Part shown: positions 38,602 to 49,179 of the stretch, piece by piece
Numbering within the stretch: the stretch's first letter is position 1
Layout of the letters: each line of letters opens with the position of its first letter
Source of the DNA: Flavobacteriaceae bacterium
GTDB taxonomy: Bacteria; Bacteroidota; Bacteroidia; Flavobacteriales; Flavobacteriaceae
Reading direction: 5' to 3'
Length of the DNA: 64,000 nt
NCBI GenBank assembly: GCA_965658025.1
Contig: CBFHQL010000003.1
Span: 39,149-103,148 of the forward strand
Notes under the pieces: generated by a model
What the model was told of the DNA's origin: nothing
Databases searched by the model: none
The model's input: the letters and a program-made list of their open reading frames with translations, nothing else
Program-made: the position numbers and the translations under genes

Positions 38602-41600
38602 ATGCATAGGTTCTTCATTTCTGTACTATTAATTTCATGTTCTTATGTTATGGCACAAGAAACAAAGGGCTTGTTTCAAACGAAAAAACTACCCACAAAC
38701 GATACCATTGTTTTTGATAGCCTAAGCATCAATCCGTCCTATTTTAAGGTTTTGGACGCCAATGGAAAAACACTTGATTCGACGCTCTATTCGATAGATT
38801 TTAAAAAAGCAGTTTTGAGCTTCAACGATGCTACTGTCCTCACAGACTCCGTAGAGGTATCCTACTTAAATTACCCTGATTTTTTAACCAAAACGTACAA
38901 GCATATTGACGAGTCTGTAATTGTAAATTCCACAGGTGCACTACGTCAATTGTATCAGTTGTCTGAACCCAACAATAGCCAAGAGGTCGTTCCCTTTGAT
39001 GGGCTTATGACTTCTGGGAGTATAGCTCGAGGTGTCACTATTGGGAACAATCAAAACTCTGTTTTGAATAGCGAATTAGATTTACAGATAAGTGGTAAAA
39101 TTAGTGAAAAAATCACGCTTAGGGCTTCTATACAAGATGCGAATATTCCGCTTCAACAAAGTGGATATTCTCAGCGATTAGATGAATTTGATCAAGTTTT
39201 TATAGAAGCTTTTACAGATCGTTGGGCGTTGCGCGCAGGCGATATAGACTTGGTGAATTCAAGCTCATATTTTGGTGCATTTTCAAAACGTGTCCAGGGG
39301 TTATCCGTAAATTCAACATTTAAACACCGAAATGCAACAACAACAGCTTTTGCTTCTGGGGCTTTGGTGCGCGGTCAGTTTGTGACAAGTCAGTTTGTTG
39401 CTCAAGAAGGAAATCAAGGGCCATACAAGCTTAAAGGGCCCAATAACGAATTGTTTGTTTTGGTCGTTTCTGGGAGTGAGACGGTTTATGTCAATGGAAT
39501 TACTTTAGAACGTGGAGCCACGAAAGATTACATTATTGATTACAATGCGGGTGAAATTATATTCAACCCAACGTATCCCATCACTTCCGAAATGCGTATC
39601 ACGGTCGATTATCAGTATAGTGAGCGTAATTATACAAGATTTGTTGGTTATGGAGGAGCAAAATATAATTCTAAATCTCTAAAATTTGGATTATCATTTT
39701 ACAATGAAAATGATTTGAAAAATCAACCACTTCAGCAAAATTTAAATTCTAATCAGGTAGATATTTTGGCCAATGCAGGCGATGATTCTTCGCTGATGAC
39801 TGCACCGTCTGCAACTCCAGCAGAGTTTAGCGAAAATAGAATTTTATATAAAAAAGAAATCGTTGGCGGCGAGGAAATTTATGTGTTTTCAAATAATCCT
39901 GAAGATACTTTATTTCAAGTCAATTTTTTATTTGTTGGAGAACAACAGGGGGATTATGAATTAGCCAATTCAAGTGCAATTTCGAACATTTATGCCTATG
40001 TACCACCAGTTTCAGGGCAAAAGCAAGGAAGTTATGCGCCTATTGTTCAATTGGTAGCGCCAGTTCAATTGCAACTTGCGGTATTGAATGGATCATATAC
40101 GCCCAATGATAAAACAGCGCTGAGTTTTGAATTGGCTACAAGTAAAAACGATTTGAACGTTTTTTCATCAATTTCTGATGATGATAACGATGGTTTTGCC
40201 GCACGATACGCTATAGATCAACATATTTTTAAAACACAAAAAGGGTGGCAAATGCGTGTTTCTTCAGAGTTCGATTATATCCACAAGGACTTTAGAAACT
40301 TGGAAGGGCTATACAATCCAGAGTTTAATCGCGATTGGAATTTAGAACAACAACCCACAAGTAATCAGATCGTGGCAGATTTTGGTGATCAACTATTGAT
40401 AACTGCAGGTACAACTTTTAGGGATACCAATTTAAATCAAATTGAATATCAATTTCAGCACCTCAATTTCTCTGAGGATTTTAATGGGAATCGTCATGTT
40501 TTAAATTCAAAACTGGGGTTCAAAAATCTTGAATTCAAAACCTATTCAAGTATTTTGAGTACAGATGGTACGCGTTCAGCATCTACGTTTTTTCGTTCAC
40601 TTTCTGAACTTAAATATAACGTAGGGTCGTTTTGGCCAGGAGTAAAATTTTCTACGGAACAAAATAAAATTACACAGTACCCTACAAATGAATTAGACCT
40701 TCAAAGTCAAAAATTTAGTGCATATGAAGCATTTGTGGGCGTTGGCGACTCTACAAACATTTTTTTGAAAGCAGGATACATCAAGCGACTCAATGACAGT
40801 GTGCAAAGCAACCAACTCAAACGCATCAATACCTCGGACACCTATTACTTGAATACACAAATCGTTAAAAATCAAAATTCAAACTTAAGTATAAACGCCA
40901 ATTATCGCGTATTTAGACCTGAAGATCAGCAAAAAGCACAACAAAAAACACTTAACTCAAGGTTGTTTTTTGCTCAAAAATTTGCTGAAAATTTGGTGCA
41001 GTGGCAAACGGTTTTTGAGACGAGTTCTGGCCGGCTTCCTCAGCAAGATTTTACCTATGTTGCCGTTGAGCCTGGGCAAGGCAGTTTTGTTTGGTTTGAT
41101 TACAACAATAACGGGATTCAGGAGTTAGAAGAGTTCGAAGTGGCTCAGTTTCAGGATCAAGCAACCTATATTCGCGTACTTTTACCCAATCAAGTTTATA
41201 TACGAACACATCAAAACCGCTTGAGTCAATCTCTAACTTTTGACCCTATAAAATGGCGTGGGTCTTCAGATAAAACCAAAAGTTTTTGGTCTCATTTTTA
41301 TAATCAAACTACATTTTTGATTGATCGTAAACAACGCAATGAAGGCCAAAACATAAGTTTGAATCCATTTCAATCTAATTTTGAGGACCAATTGGCATTG
41401 CAGTCTAATTTTCGTAATCAGTTGTTTTTTAATAGGGGGAAGCAACGCTATACAATGTCTTATATCTTATCTGGCTCTGAGTTGCAGAATGTTCTTTCTT
41501 TTGGGACGATTACCCAAAAAGGATATGCACATCAATTAAATTTCACCCACAAAATTCAAAATCAATGGCTTTTGAATCTTCAAGCTAATTTTGATAATAA

Positions 41601-42042
41601 TAAGTCTGCAAGCGAAACTTATTCTTCCAAAAATTTTGATTTAGATCAATTTTTGTTGCACCCCAAAATTTCATATTTGTTAGACAACAACAAACGCTTT
41701 GATTTATATTATCAATTTCAAACGAAGGACAATTTAATACGGGCTAAAGAACAATTGAAGCAACACAAACTGGGTGTTTCTGCCATGATGACTCAAAACC
41801 AAAAAGCATCCGTATCAGCGGAGTTCAACTATTTTTCGAATAGTTTTGATGGCAACGCCAATACGCCTGTTGCTTATCAAATGATGGAAGGTCTTCAGCC
41901 CGGAACAAACTTTACTTGGACATTGATTGCTCAAAAAAAACTGACCAAGTATTTAGATTTAAACCTCAATTATTTTGGTAGGAAAAGTGAAACTAGCCGT
42001 ACAATTCATTCTGGAACAGTTCAGCTAAAAGCTTATTTCTAA
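38602..42042 (+). CDS. Large (1146 aa) hypothetical outer-membrane protein, C-terminal beta-barrel-like
   Basis: There is a signal peptide (MHRFFISVLLISCSYVMAQ). The C-terminal half shows alternating hydrophobic and aromatic beta-strand periodicity, and the protein ends QLKAYF with a terminal Phe typical of BAM substrates. I recognise no enzymatic motif. Confidence 0.55.
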   Translation: MHRFFISVLLISCSYVMAQETKGLFQTKKLPTNDTIVFDSLSINPSYFKVLDANGKTLDSTLYSIDFKKAVLSFNDATVLTDSVEVSYLNYPDFLTKTYKHIDESVIVNSTGALRQLYQLSEPNNSQEVVPFDGLMTSGSIARGVTIGNNQNSVLNSELDLQISGKISEKITLRASIQDANIPLQQSGYSQRLDEFDQVFIEAFTDRWALRAGDIDLVNSSSYFGAFSKRVQGLSVNSTFKHRNATTTAFASGALVRGQFVTSQFVAQEGNQGPYKLKGPNNELFVLVVSGSETVYVNGITLERGATKDYIIDYNAGEIIFNPTYPITSEMRITVDYQYSERNYTRFVGYGGAKYNSKSLKFGLSFYNENDLKNQPLQQNLNSNQVDILANAGDDSSLMTAPSATPAEFSENRILYKKEIVGGEEIYVFSNNPEDTLFQVNFLFVGEQQGDYELANSSAISNIYAYVPPVSGQKQGSYAPIVQLVAPVQLQLAVLNGSYTPNDKTALSFELATSKNDLNVFSSISDDDNDGFAARYAIDQHIFKTQKGWQMRVSSEFDYIHKDFRNLEGLYNPEFNRDWNLEQQPTSNQIVADFGDQLLITAGTTFRDTNLNQIEYQFQHLNFSEDFNGNRHVLNSKLGFKNLEFKTYSSILSTDGTRSASTFFRSLSELKYNVGSFWPGVKFSTEQNKITQYPTNELDLQSQKFSAYEAFVGVGDSTNIFLKAGYIKRLNDSVQSNQLKRINTSDTYYLNTQIVKNQNSNLSINANYRVFRPEDQQKAQQKTLNSRLFFAQKFAENLVQWQTVFETSSGRLPQQDFTYVAVEPGQGSFVWFDYNNNGIQELEEFEVAQFQDQATYIRVLLPNQVYIRTHQNRLSQSLTFDPIKWRGSSDKTKSFWSHFYNQTTFLIDRKQRNEGQNISLNPFQSNFEDQLALQSNFRNQLFFNRGKQRYTMSYILSGSELQNVLSFGTITQKGYAHQLNFTHKIQNQWLLNLQANFDNNKSASETYSSKNFDLDQFLLHPKISYLLDNNKRFDLYYQFQTKDNLIRAKEQLKQHKLGVSAMMTQNQKASVSAEFNYFSNSFDGNANTPVAYQMMEGLQPGTNFTWTLIAQKKLTKYLDLNLNYFGRKSETSRTIHSGTVQLKAYF

Positions 42043-42096
42043 GATTTTTTGTGGTACGATATTTGTTAATTAATCTTTGTTCTAAATCATATTACC

Positions 42097-42630
42097 ATGA
42101 AAAAAATACCTACCATTATTGTCGTTTTATTTTGTGTTCAATTCTCAATGGCGCAAACTACAATTGAATCTTCAAAGGACATTTCCGAACGTCGTCATGA
42201 ATTAAAATTGGAGACGATTAAGCTTATGGCTGTTCCTGCTCTTGAACTAAATTATGAATATATCAAAGACGTAAATCAAGGATTTGGCGCTATTTTGCTA
42301 TTAAATTTTGATAAAAAAAATTATAACGAAAAGCTGTCTTTGACTCCTTATTTTCGATTTTATTTTAACACAAACCAAGAGTATGGTGCCAAAGGTTTTT
42401 TTGTAAAGGCCTTTAGCTCTTTTTATTCGGGTAGGGAATCAGAATATTATGATAATGATGATAGAGAAGGTTTTTTTGATATTGCATTGGGCTTTGGAGC
42501 CGGTCAGAAACTCATCAATAAATCTGGGTTTGTATTTGAATATTTTATTGGTGCCGGCCGCAATCTTTTAGGTAATTCCGATGAAACAATGATGGCTAAA
42601 TTTGGCGTAAATGTTGGCTATCGTTTCTAA
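42097..42630 (+). CDS. Small outer-membrane beta-barrel protein (hypothetical)
   Basis: There is a signal peptide (…VQFSMAQ). The protein is 177 aa with alternating strands and ends VNVGYRF. It lies 54 nt downstream of the 1146-aa gene. Confidence 0.55.
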   Translation: MKKIPTIIVVLFCVQFSMAQTTIESSKDISERRHELKLETIKLMAVPALELNYEYIKDVNQGFGAILLLNFDKKNYNEKLSLTPYFRFYFNTNQEYGAKGFFVKAFSSFYSGRESEYYDNDDREGFFDIALGFGAGQKLINKSGFVFEYFIGAGRNLLGNSDETMMAKFGVNVGYRF

Positions 42631-42638
42631 AAGAGCGC

Positions 42639-45038
42639 TTACCTTCTTAAAGTAAAATGAGATCTAAATTGTTTTTCAACCCCATTTTCGTCATAATAAG
42701 TCACTAAAAACCAGTAATCGTTTGTAGGCATTAATGTGTTGTTATAAGCGCCATTCCATCCAGAACCCGAGGTTTTAAATTGTTTAAGGAGTTTTCCAAA
42801 ACGATCAAAAATAGAGATGAGTCCAGTCTGATTTTTAAGACAATCTATATTCCAAAAATCGTTGTATCCATCGCCATTTGGTGTGAAAAATTTAGGATAT
42901 GATAGTATGGTCACTCTAGACTCCGGCTCATTGCTGCACCCCTGAGCATCCCTTACTTTTACAATGTGATCTTGACACCCAACAACATTTTGAAAAATAG
43001 GGCTATTTTGCCAAAGCCCACCATCTAATTGATATTCATAATCACCACTACCACCTGTTACAGTAACTTCAATCATTTGATTAGTAGCAAAAGGGTCAGA
43101 GATGTTTTCTGTTGAAATTGTTAAAGTATTGATGGGATTGACGTTGACGGTTTCTGTTGTGGTGTTTGCACACTGTCCAGGGTCTGGAGTAAACGTATAT
43201 GTGGTCGTTACCAAATTATTAACCGTTGATGGAGACCAACTTCCTAAAATATTTTCTTCAGAAAAAATAGGAAGCGATGCAGTAGTTTCACCAATACATA
43301 TATCATCAATCTGAAACGTTGGTGTTATTTTTTGTAAAACCGTAATTTCAATCGTTGTAGGAACTACACATACTCCACTATTTGGGGTAAAAGTATATTG
43401 CGTTGTTGTTGTATTGTCAATGGTTGGAGGGTTCCAAGTTCCTGTAATGCCGTTGTTTGATGATGGTAATGGCGATACAGGATCACCAACGCAGATATCC
43501 GCAACAGGGTCAAAAGTTGCTTTAATTATCGGATTAACGACCACTTGAACAGGTGCAGGAGTTGTAGCACATTGTATATCAGGGGTAAAAGTGTAATCTG
43601 TAGTTGTTGTTGGATCAAACGCAGGACTCCAAGTTCCCGTTACGCCATTAATATCTGTTGGGGGTAATGGATTTGGATCGCCCTCACAAATAGGGTTAAT
43701 TGGGTCAAATGTTGTTGTGATAATGGGATTAACGACCACTTGAACAGGCGCAGGAGTTGTAGCACATTGTATATCAGGGGTAAAAGTGTAATCTGTAGTT
43801 GTAGTTGGATCAAACGCAGGACTCCAAGTTCCCGTTACGCCATTAATATCTGTTGGGGGTAATGGACTTGGGTCGCCTTCACAAATAGGATCAATTGGGT
43901 CAAATGTTGTTGTAATGATAGGGTTTACTACGACTTGAAGTGTAGTCGGAGATGCACATTGTACATCAGGGGTAAAAGTGTAATCTGTGGTCGTTGTTGG
44001 GTCAAACGCAGGACTCCAAGTTCCTGTTACGCCATTAACATCTGCTAGGGGTAATGGATTCGGATCGCCCACACAAATAGGTGGAATTGGATTAAAAACT
44101 GTAGCATTTTGTGGCGTTACAGTGATAATTACATCTTCTGTTGTTGGTTCACCACATACGTCTTCTATGGTTACTGTGTATGTGGTGGTGGTTGAAGGAG
44201 AAAGAGTTGGGTTAGGAATATTTATATTACTTACCCCAGTGCTAGGGCTCCATGTATATGTATTTCCACTCGGGATTTCAGCATCAACTTGTACAGATTC
44301 TCCATCACAAATGGTTTGATCTTGCAATAATAGGTTTTCAACAAAAGAAATGCTATTGAAACAAACCTGGTGAAGATTTGAACTCCCCCCAGTGGAACCT
44401 ACAAAACCAAAATACACTGAACTATCTCCACCAAAAATAGTGTTTTTTATATCTCGATTCAACGGTAATCGCAACTCACAATCAAAAAACACTTCAAAAG
44501 TCTGTGTTGAAGCCGTCCAAACGATTTTCACATCATGATCCGCACCGTCTTCCATGTTGTTACTTGTGCTTGTTGGTGGTACAGGGCCTTTTAAGTTGTT
44601 AGGACTAGAGTGGGAAGCATTACCGTTAATCATAATCGATAAATGATCATAAAATGGATCGTTTTGGTCATTGTTTTGCCACGTATCAAATTCCACAATT
44701 AATGAACTTGAAATACCCTCGTATCCAACGCCACCTCCAGAATTACCAATTTCAGGTGTAGATGTTCTTTTAAAAACCAGAGCCATTCCATCGGCTCCAT
44801 TGGCATCTGTAGAGCCAAAATTATTTTTATAATAAATGGTAAAATCATCATCGAAATCAATAGGATTGTTATACCAAACGCCTCCACTTTGCCACTGAAC
44901 ATCGTCTGTGATTCGGTAACAATTGTTTCCAATTGACACACCATCACCAATAGTCACAGCATTGAGTTGGGCATGGCTTGGAGTTATGTTTGAAATTAAA
45001 AAAAATCCTAAAAAAAAGAGATATATTAGTCTTTTCAA
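42639..45038 (-). CDS. T9SS type-B sorting-domain surface protein with N-terminal L-type lectin-like domain and Cys-bracketed repeats
   Basis: The C-terminus YPKFFTPNGDGYNDFWNI...WFLV matches the gliding-motility/T9SS type B CTD. The N-terminal region has legume-lectin-like blocks (ADGMALVF, GGGVGYEGISSSLIVEFDTWQN, YFGFVGSTGG). Five repeats of about 65 aa lie in between. Confidence 0.85.
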   Translation of the reverse strand: MKRLIYLFFLGFFLISNITPSHAQLNAVTIGDGVSIGNNCYRITDDVQWQSGGVWYNNPIDFDDDFTIYYKNNFGSTDANGADGMALVFKRTSTPEIGNSGGGVGYEGISSSLIVEFDTWQNNDQNDPFYDHLSIMINGNASHSSPNNLKGPVPPTSTSNNMEDGADHDVKIVWTASTQTFEVFFDCELRLPLNRDIKNTIFGGDSSVYFGFVGSTGGSSNLHQVCFNSISFVENLLLQDQTICDGESVQVDAEIPSGNTYTWSPSTGVSNINIPNPTLSPSTTTTYTVTIEDVCGEPTTEDVIITVTPQNATVFNPIPPICVGDPNPLPLADVNGVTGTWSPAFDPTTTTDYTFTPDVQCASPTTLQVVVNPIITTTFDPIDPICEGDPSPLPPTDINGVTGTWSPAFDPTTTTDYTFTPDIQCATTPAPVQVVVNPIITTTFDPINPICEGDPNPLPPTDINGVTGTWSPAFDPTTTTDYTFTPDIQCATTPAPVQVVVNPIIKATFDPVADICVGDPVSPLPSSNNGITGTWNPPTIDNTTTTQYTFTPNSGVCVVPTTIEITVLQKITPTFQIDDICIGETTASLPIFSEENILGSWSPSTVNNLVTTTYTFTPDPGQCANTTTETVNVNPINTLTISTENISDPFATNQMIEVTVTGGSGDYEYQLDGGLWQNSPIFQNVVGCQDHIVKVRDAQGCSNEPESRVTILSYPKFFTPNGDGYNDFWNIDCLKNQTGLISIFDRFGKLLKQFKTSGSGWNGAYNNTLMPTNDYWFLVTYYDENGVEKQFRSHFTLRR
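43130..44110 (-). repeat. Five in-frame tandem repeats of 195 bp (65 aa) inside the T9SS adhesin gene
   Basis: The period was measured from ggattaacgaccacttgaacagg at 43531 and again at 43726, a spacing of 195 bp. The two central copies (43531-43725 and 43726-43920) differ at only about 10 positions by eye. The outer copies are diverged. The repeat unit is ..FDPI.PIC.GDP.PLP..D.NGVTGTWSPAFDPTTTTDYTFTPD.QCA....VVVNPI. Confidence 0.85.
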
Positions 45039-45198
45039 GTCAAGTCAGTTTCTGCCGTAATGCAATTCAAAATTATTTGAATCACAATATAGGAACATAT
45101 CTGTATACTACTGCTTAATAAAACAATACATTTGCAATACAGGTTCTCGAATTTATACTAAAAAGAGGGTTTTTTTGAGTATTTGACACAATTATTAG

Positions 45199-46746
45199 TT
45201 AAGAGTGTAGTTTTTGTAACCAGTTTTTCATTGATACATGGCTTTCAATTAGAGTTTTTAAGTCTTCAATGGCTACTCTTTCTTGTTCCATTGTGTCTCT
45301 AAAACGAACTGTAACGGTATTGTTTTTCGCTGTTTCGTGGTCAACAGTAATACAAAAAGGGGTTCCTATGGCATCTTGCCTTCGGTAGCGTCTTCCAACG
45401 GCATCTTTTTCGTCGTAAGCTACATTAAATTCCCATCGCAATTCTTTCAAAATTTCTTTGGCAATCTCTGGAAGTCCATCTTTTTTTACAAGGGGTAGAA
45501 TAGCTGCTTTTATCGGCGCCAAGACCGCAGGAAGTTTTAGCACTGTTCGTGTGGAATTGTTTTCTAATACTTCATTTTTTAAGCTGTTCGAAAACACAGC
45601 CAAAAACATTCGATCCAATCCAATTGAAGTTTCTAAAACATAAGGAACATAGTTTTTATTTTCTTCTGGATCAAAGAATTGAAGTTTTTTGCCTGCGTAT
45701 TTTTCGTGTTGACTAAGGTCAAAGTCTGTTCTGGAATGAATGCCTTCAAGTTCTTTAAAACCAAAAGGGAATTTGAACTCGATGTCGGCTGCAGCATCGG
45801 CATAATGTGCCAATTTTTCATGGTCATGAAAACGGTAGTTTTCTTCACCCATTCCTAGAGATAGGTGCCAATTTAGCCGTTTTTCTTTCCAATGTTCGTA
45901 CCATTTTCCTTGCGTTCCAGGTTTGATAAAAAACTGCATTTCCATTTGTTCAAACTCACGCATTCTAAAAATGAATTGACGCGCGACAATCTCGTTTCTA
46001 AATGCCTTTCCTGTTTGCGCTATACCAAAAGGAATTTTCATCCGTCCTGTTTTTTGGACATTCAAAAAGTTGACAAAAATACCTTGAGCAGTTTCAGGGC
46101 GAAGGTACAGATCCATCGCACTGTCAGCAGATGCACCTAACTTTGTACCAAACATGAGGTTAAATTGTTTCACGTCAGTCCAATTGCGGCTTCCACTTAC
46201 AGGATCTGCAATTTCGAGTTCCTCTATAAGGGCTTTTACGTCTGCCAAATCTTCATTTTCAAGAGATCTGGCCATGCGTTTCAGGGTTAAATCTATTTTT
46301 TCTTGATACCCTAAAACCCGTTGATTTGTACTTAAAAACTCGTTTTCGTTGAATGCATCTCCAAAGCGTTTTTTAGCTTTTTTGACTTCTTTTTCAATTT
46401 TTTGTTCAAGTTTAGCGCAATAATCTTCGATGAGGACATCGGCTCTGTAGCGTTTTTTAGAGTCTTTATTATCTACCAATGGATCATTAAACGCATCAAC
46501 ATGTCCGGAGGCCTTCCACGTGGTGGGATGCATAAAGATTGCAGCATCAAGTCCTACAATATTGGAGTTCATTTGCACCATAGCTTTCCACCAGTATTCG
46601 CGTATATTTTTCTTTAATTCTGTACCGTTTTGACCGTAGTCGTATACAGCACTTAGTCCGTCGTAGATTTCGCTGCTTTGGAATACAAAACCGTACTCTT
46701 TGGCATGTGAAATAACGTTTTTAAAATGATCTTCTTGGTTATTCAT
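45199..46746 (-). CDS. glyQS: Glycine--tRNA ligase (homodimeric class II type)
   Basis: The N-terminus is HAKEYGFVFQSSEIYDGLSAVYDYGQNG, with LRPETAQG and FRNE (motif 2). The C-terminal anticodon-binding domain contains GRRYRRQDAIGTPFCITVD. Confidence 0.95.
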   Translation of the reverse strand: MNNQEDHFKNVISHAKEYGFVFQSSEIYDGLSAVYDYGQNGTELKKNIREYWWKAMVQMNSNIVGLDAAIFMHPTTWKASGHVDAFNDPLVDNKDSKKRYRADVLIEDYCAKLEQKIEKEVKKAKKRFGDAFNENEFLSTNQRVLGYQEKIDLTLKRMARSLENEDLADVKALIEELEIADPVSGSRNWTDVKQFNLMFGTKLGASADSAMDLYLRPETAQGIFVNFLNVQKTGRMKIPFGIAQTGKAFRNEIVARQFIFRMREFEQMEMQFFIKPGTQGKWYEHWKEKRLNWHLSLGMGEENYRFHDHEKLAHYADAAADIEFKFPFGFKELEGIHSRTDFDLSQHEKYAGKKLQFFDPEENKNYVPYVLETSIGLDRMFLAVFSNSLKNEVLENNSTRTVLKLPAVLAPIKAAILPLVKKDGLPEIAKEILKELRWEFNVAYDEKDAVGRRYRRQDAIGTPFCITVDHETAKNNTVTVRFRDTMEQERVAIEDLKTLIESHVSMKNWLQKLHS

Positions 46747-46833
46747 GCCACAAAAATAGAAAACCCCAAGAAATTAAATAGCGAGAATCCAAAAAATATA
46801 AGATTATTTTTAAATTTACCTACCCTCAACGCT

Positions 46834-47532
46834 ATGGCTTTTATAAACTATTTAATCGATTTATTTTTTCCGCCTCAATGTCAAGCTTGCAAGTCTATTT
46901 TGAAAGACAACGAGTTTGAAATTTGTGTGGCTTGCCGCCATCAATTACCTATTACAAATTTCCATTTCCAGCAAGACCACCCATTGAACCATTTATTTTT
47001 TGGACGAATTAATTTTGTTGCTTCCACGTCTTTATTTTATTTTCAAAAGCACAGTCGAGTTCAAACCCTCTTACATAATCTTAAGTATAATCAACAAAAA
47101 TCTGTAGGAACAACTTTAGGATTGTGGCTTGGAACAGAAATGAAAATTTCCAAACGTTTTGACAAAATTGACATTGTAGTTCCTGTGCCTACACACAAAA
47201 AAAGACTAAAAAAGCGTGGTTACAATCAAGTATTGCCTTTTGCAATGGCAATCGCCACAGTATTTGATATCCCTTGTGACGATACTGTTTTAATAAAGAA
47301 ACAACACACAAAAACCCAAGTTTTTCAAACCAAAGAAGAACGTTGGAATTCTGTTGTCCATAATTTTCAAATGGCCAAAAGCGAGGTAGTTTTTGGAAAG
47401 CATGTTTTGTTGGTTGATGATCTCATTACAACGGGTGCTACCATTGAAGCGTGTTCAAAAGTGTTGCTCGATGCAGGTGTTAAACACTTGAGTTTAGCAA
47501 CCATAGCAATTGCATCATCTATGTTTCGCTAA
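46834..47532 (+). CDS. ComF-family phosphoribosyltransferase-domain protein
   Basis: The N-terminal Zn-ribbon is CQAC...CVAC, and the PRTase motif is VLLVDDLITTGATIEA. The start is set at ATG 46834 (MAFINYLIDLFFPPQC). The track start at 46726 would overlap glyQS. Confidence 0.8.
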   Translation: MAFINYLIDLFFPPQCQACKSILKDNEFEICVACRHQLPITNFHFQQDHPLNHLFFGRINFVASTSLFYFQKHSRVQTLLHNLKYNQQKSVGTTLGLWLGTEMKISKRFDKIDIVVPVPTHKKRLKKRGYNQVLPFAMAIATVFDIPCDDTVLIKKQHTKTQVFQTKEERWNSVVHNFQMAKSEVVFGKHVLLVDDLITTGATIEACSKVLLDAGVKHLSLATIAIASSMFR

Positions 47533-47574
47533 AATTAAAATAAGTTGTTTCTTTGTGTTGCTCAATGTAGGTAT

Positions 47575-49179
47575 ATGTCAAAATCGTTTTTAAATTTTGT
47601 TTTTTTTACAGCTGTTGGCTTGATTTTATTTCAATGTGCTAACCGCGGAACAGCTGATGGAGGCCCAAAAGATGTTACACCCCCTGTAGTTCTTAATGAA
47701 GAGCCCAAAAATTTCTCTATAAATTTTGATGCTGATGAAATCAAAATTTATTTTGATGAATACATCAAATTTAAAAATTTACAAAGACAACTTATTGTAT
47801 CTCCTCCAATGGATCCTGAACCCATCATAACTCCTCTGAGTACTGCCAGCAAAGCCATCACCATCAAAATTCTTGACACACTACAACCCAATACAACGTA
47901 TGCCTTTAATTTTGGGGAAAGTATAGAAGACAATAATGAAGGAAATCCTTATCCTTATTACAGATATGTTTTTTCGACAGGACCAGTTATTGACTCTCTT
48001 TCGGTTGAGGGGTTGGTTATTGAAGCCCTAGACTATGAAACTCCAGAAAAGGTTTCAATTTTGTTGCATGAGGTCGACAGTACGTATACAGATTCTATTG
48101 TTTTTAAACAAAAGCCAAAGTACATAGGCGTTACTGATAGTTTGTTTCAGTTTTCTGTTGAAAATATAAAAGCTGGGACGTATTTATTGACCGCATTGAA
48201 AGAAGAAAATACAAATTATACGTATCAACCCAAAGACGATAAATTTGCTTTTAGGAGTCAGTTTGTCACTGTACCTTCCGATACGGCTTATGTGTTGAAA
48301 TTGTTTCAACAAGACCCCGAATTTAAATTCTCTCGTGCACGTCAATTGGCTCAAAATAGAATTGGTTTTGCTTACGAAGGATATCCAGATAGTTTAGGAA
48401 TCAAAATTTTGTCCAATGTTCCCGATGATTTTTCGTACCGCATCACTCAGGAATTAGAAAAAGACACCTTGAATTATTGGATGCAACCAAAACCAGAAAT
48501 AGACTCTTTGCGCTTTGAAGTGTCTTACTTTTCAACCATAGATACGGTTACGGTACGTATGAAAACAATGGATAAAGATTCATTGATTATTAACTCGGTC
48601 AATACTTCACTGAAACCAGACACAGCTTTTCAGTTACGATCCACGATTCCACTATTGTCTGTAGACAACAGCAAAGCATCCATAATGGACAAAGATTCAT
48701 TGGCCATGAAAGGGCAACTATCCATAGATAAACTGCGTCCAACTTTGGCAAATTTTAAATTTGATTTAAAGGAAAATAATACTTACGACATACAATTTTT
48801 GCCTGGCGCATTTAAAGATTTTTATGGTGTAGAGAACGACACATTGCGCTTCAAAGCGGGGACAAAACTTTTATCAGATTACGGAAATATTCGTGTAGAT
48901 CTTCGCAATGCAAAATATCCCATCATCATTCAATTTGTAACCAGCAATGGGGATGTAGAGGAGGAGCAAATTGTTAAAGGTCCTGACCCAATTGACTTTA
49001 AGAACGTTGATCCTGGAATCTATTTTCTTAGAGCTATTTTTGACACCAATAACAATGGTAAATACGATTCAGGAAATTTTCTCAAAAAAATCCAGCCCGA
49101 ACGGGTAAGCTATGCAGATGAGCCCGTGGAGGTTCGTGCAAACTGGGAAGAAATTACAAAATTTACTTTGGAGGATTAA
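47575..49179 (+). CDS. Lipoprotein with Ig-like (SbsA_Ig-like) N-terminal domain, function unknown
   Basis: The lipobox is ILFQCANRG, followed by [10 protein letters not shown], which is typical of bacterial Ig-like lipoproteins. The start is set at the second Met (47575). The family call is tentative. Confidence 0.5.
   Translation: MSKSFLNFVFFTAVGLILFQCANRGTADGGPKDVTPPVVLNEEPKNFSINFDADEIKIYFDEYIKFKNLQRQLIVSPPMDPEPIITPLSTASKAITIKILDTLQPNTTYAFNFGESIEDNNEGNPYPYYRYVFSTGPVIDSLSVEGLVIEALDYETPEKVSILLHEVDSTYTDSIVFKQKPKYIGVTDSLFQFSVENIKAGTYLLTALKEENTNYTYQPKDDKFAFRSQFVTVPSDTAYVLKLFQQDPEFKFSRARQLAQNRIGFAYEGYPDSLGIKILSNVPDDFSYRITQELEKDTLNYWMQPKPEIDSLRFEVSYFSTIDTVTVRMKTMDKDSLIINSVNTSLKPDTAFQLRSTIPLLSVDNSKASIMDKDSLAMKGQLSIDKLRPTLANFKFDLKENNTYDIQFLPGAFKDFYGVENDTLRFKAGTKLLSDYGNIRVDLRNAKYPIIIQFVTSNGDVEEEQIVKGPDPIDFKNVDPGIYFLRAIFDTNNNGKYDSGNFLKKIQPERVSYADEPVEVRANWEEITKFTLED

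Noticed and set aside
43130-44110. Regularly spaced 195-bp direct repeats, which might suggest a CRISPR array or a satellite.
   Set aside because: The repeats are contiguous with no unique spacers. They are in frame and encode a conserved 65-aa protein module inside a continuous 799-aa ORF. This is an intragenic domain duplication, not CRISPR.
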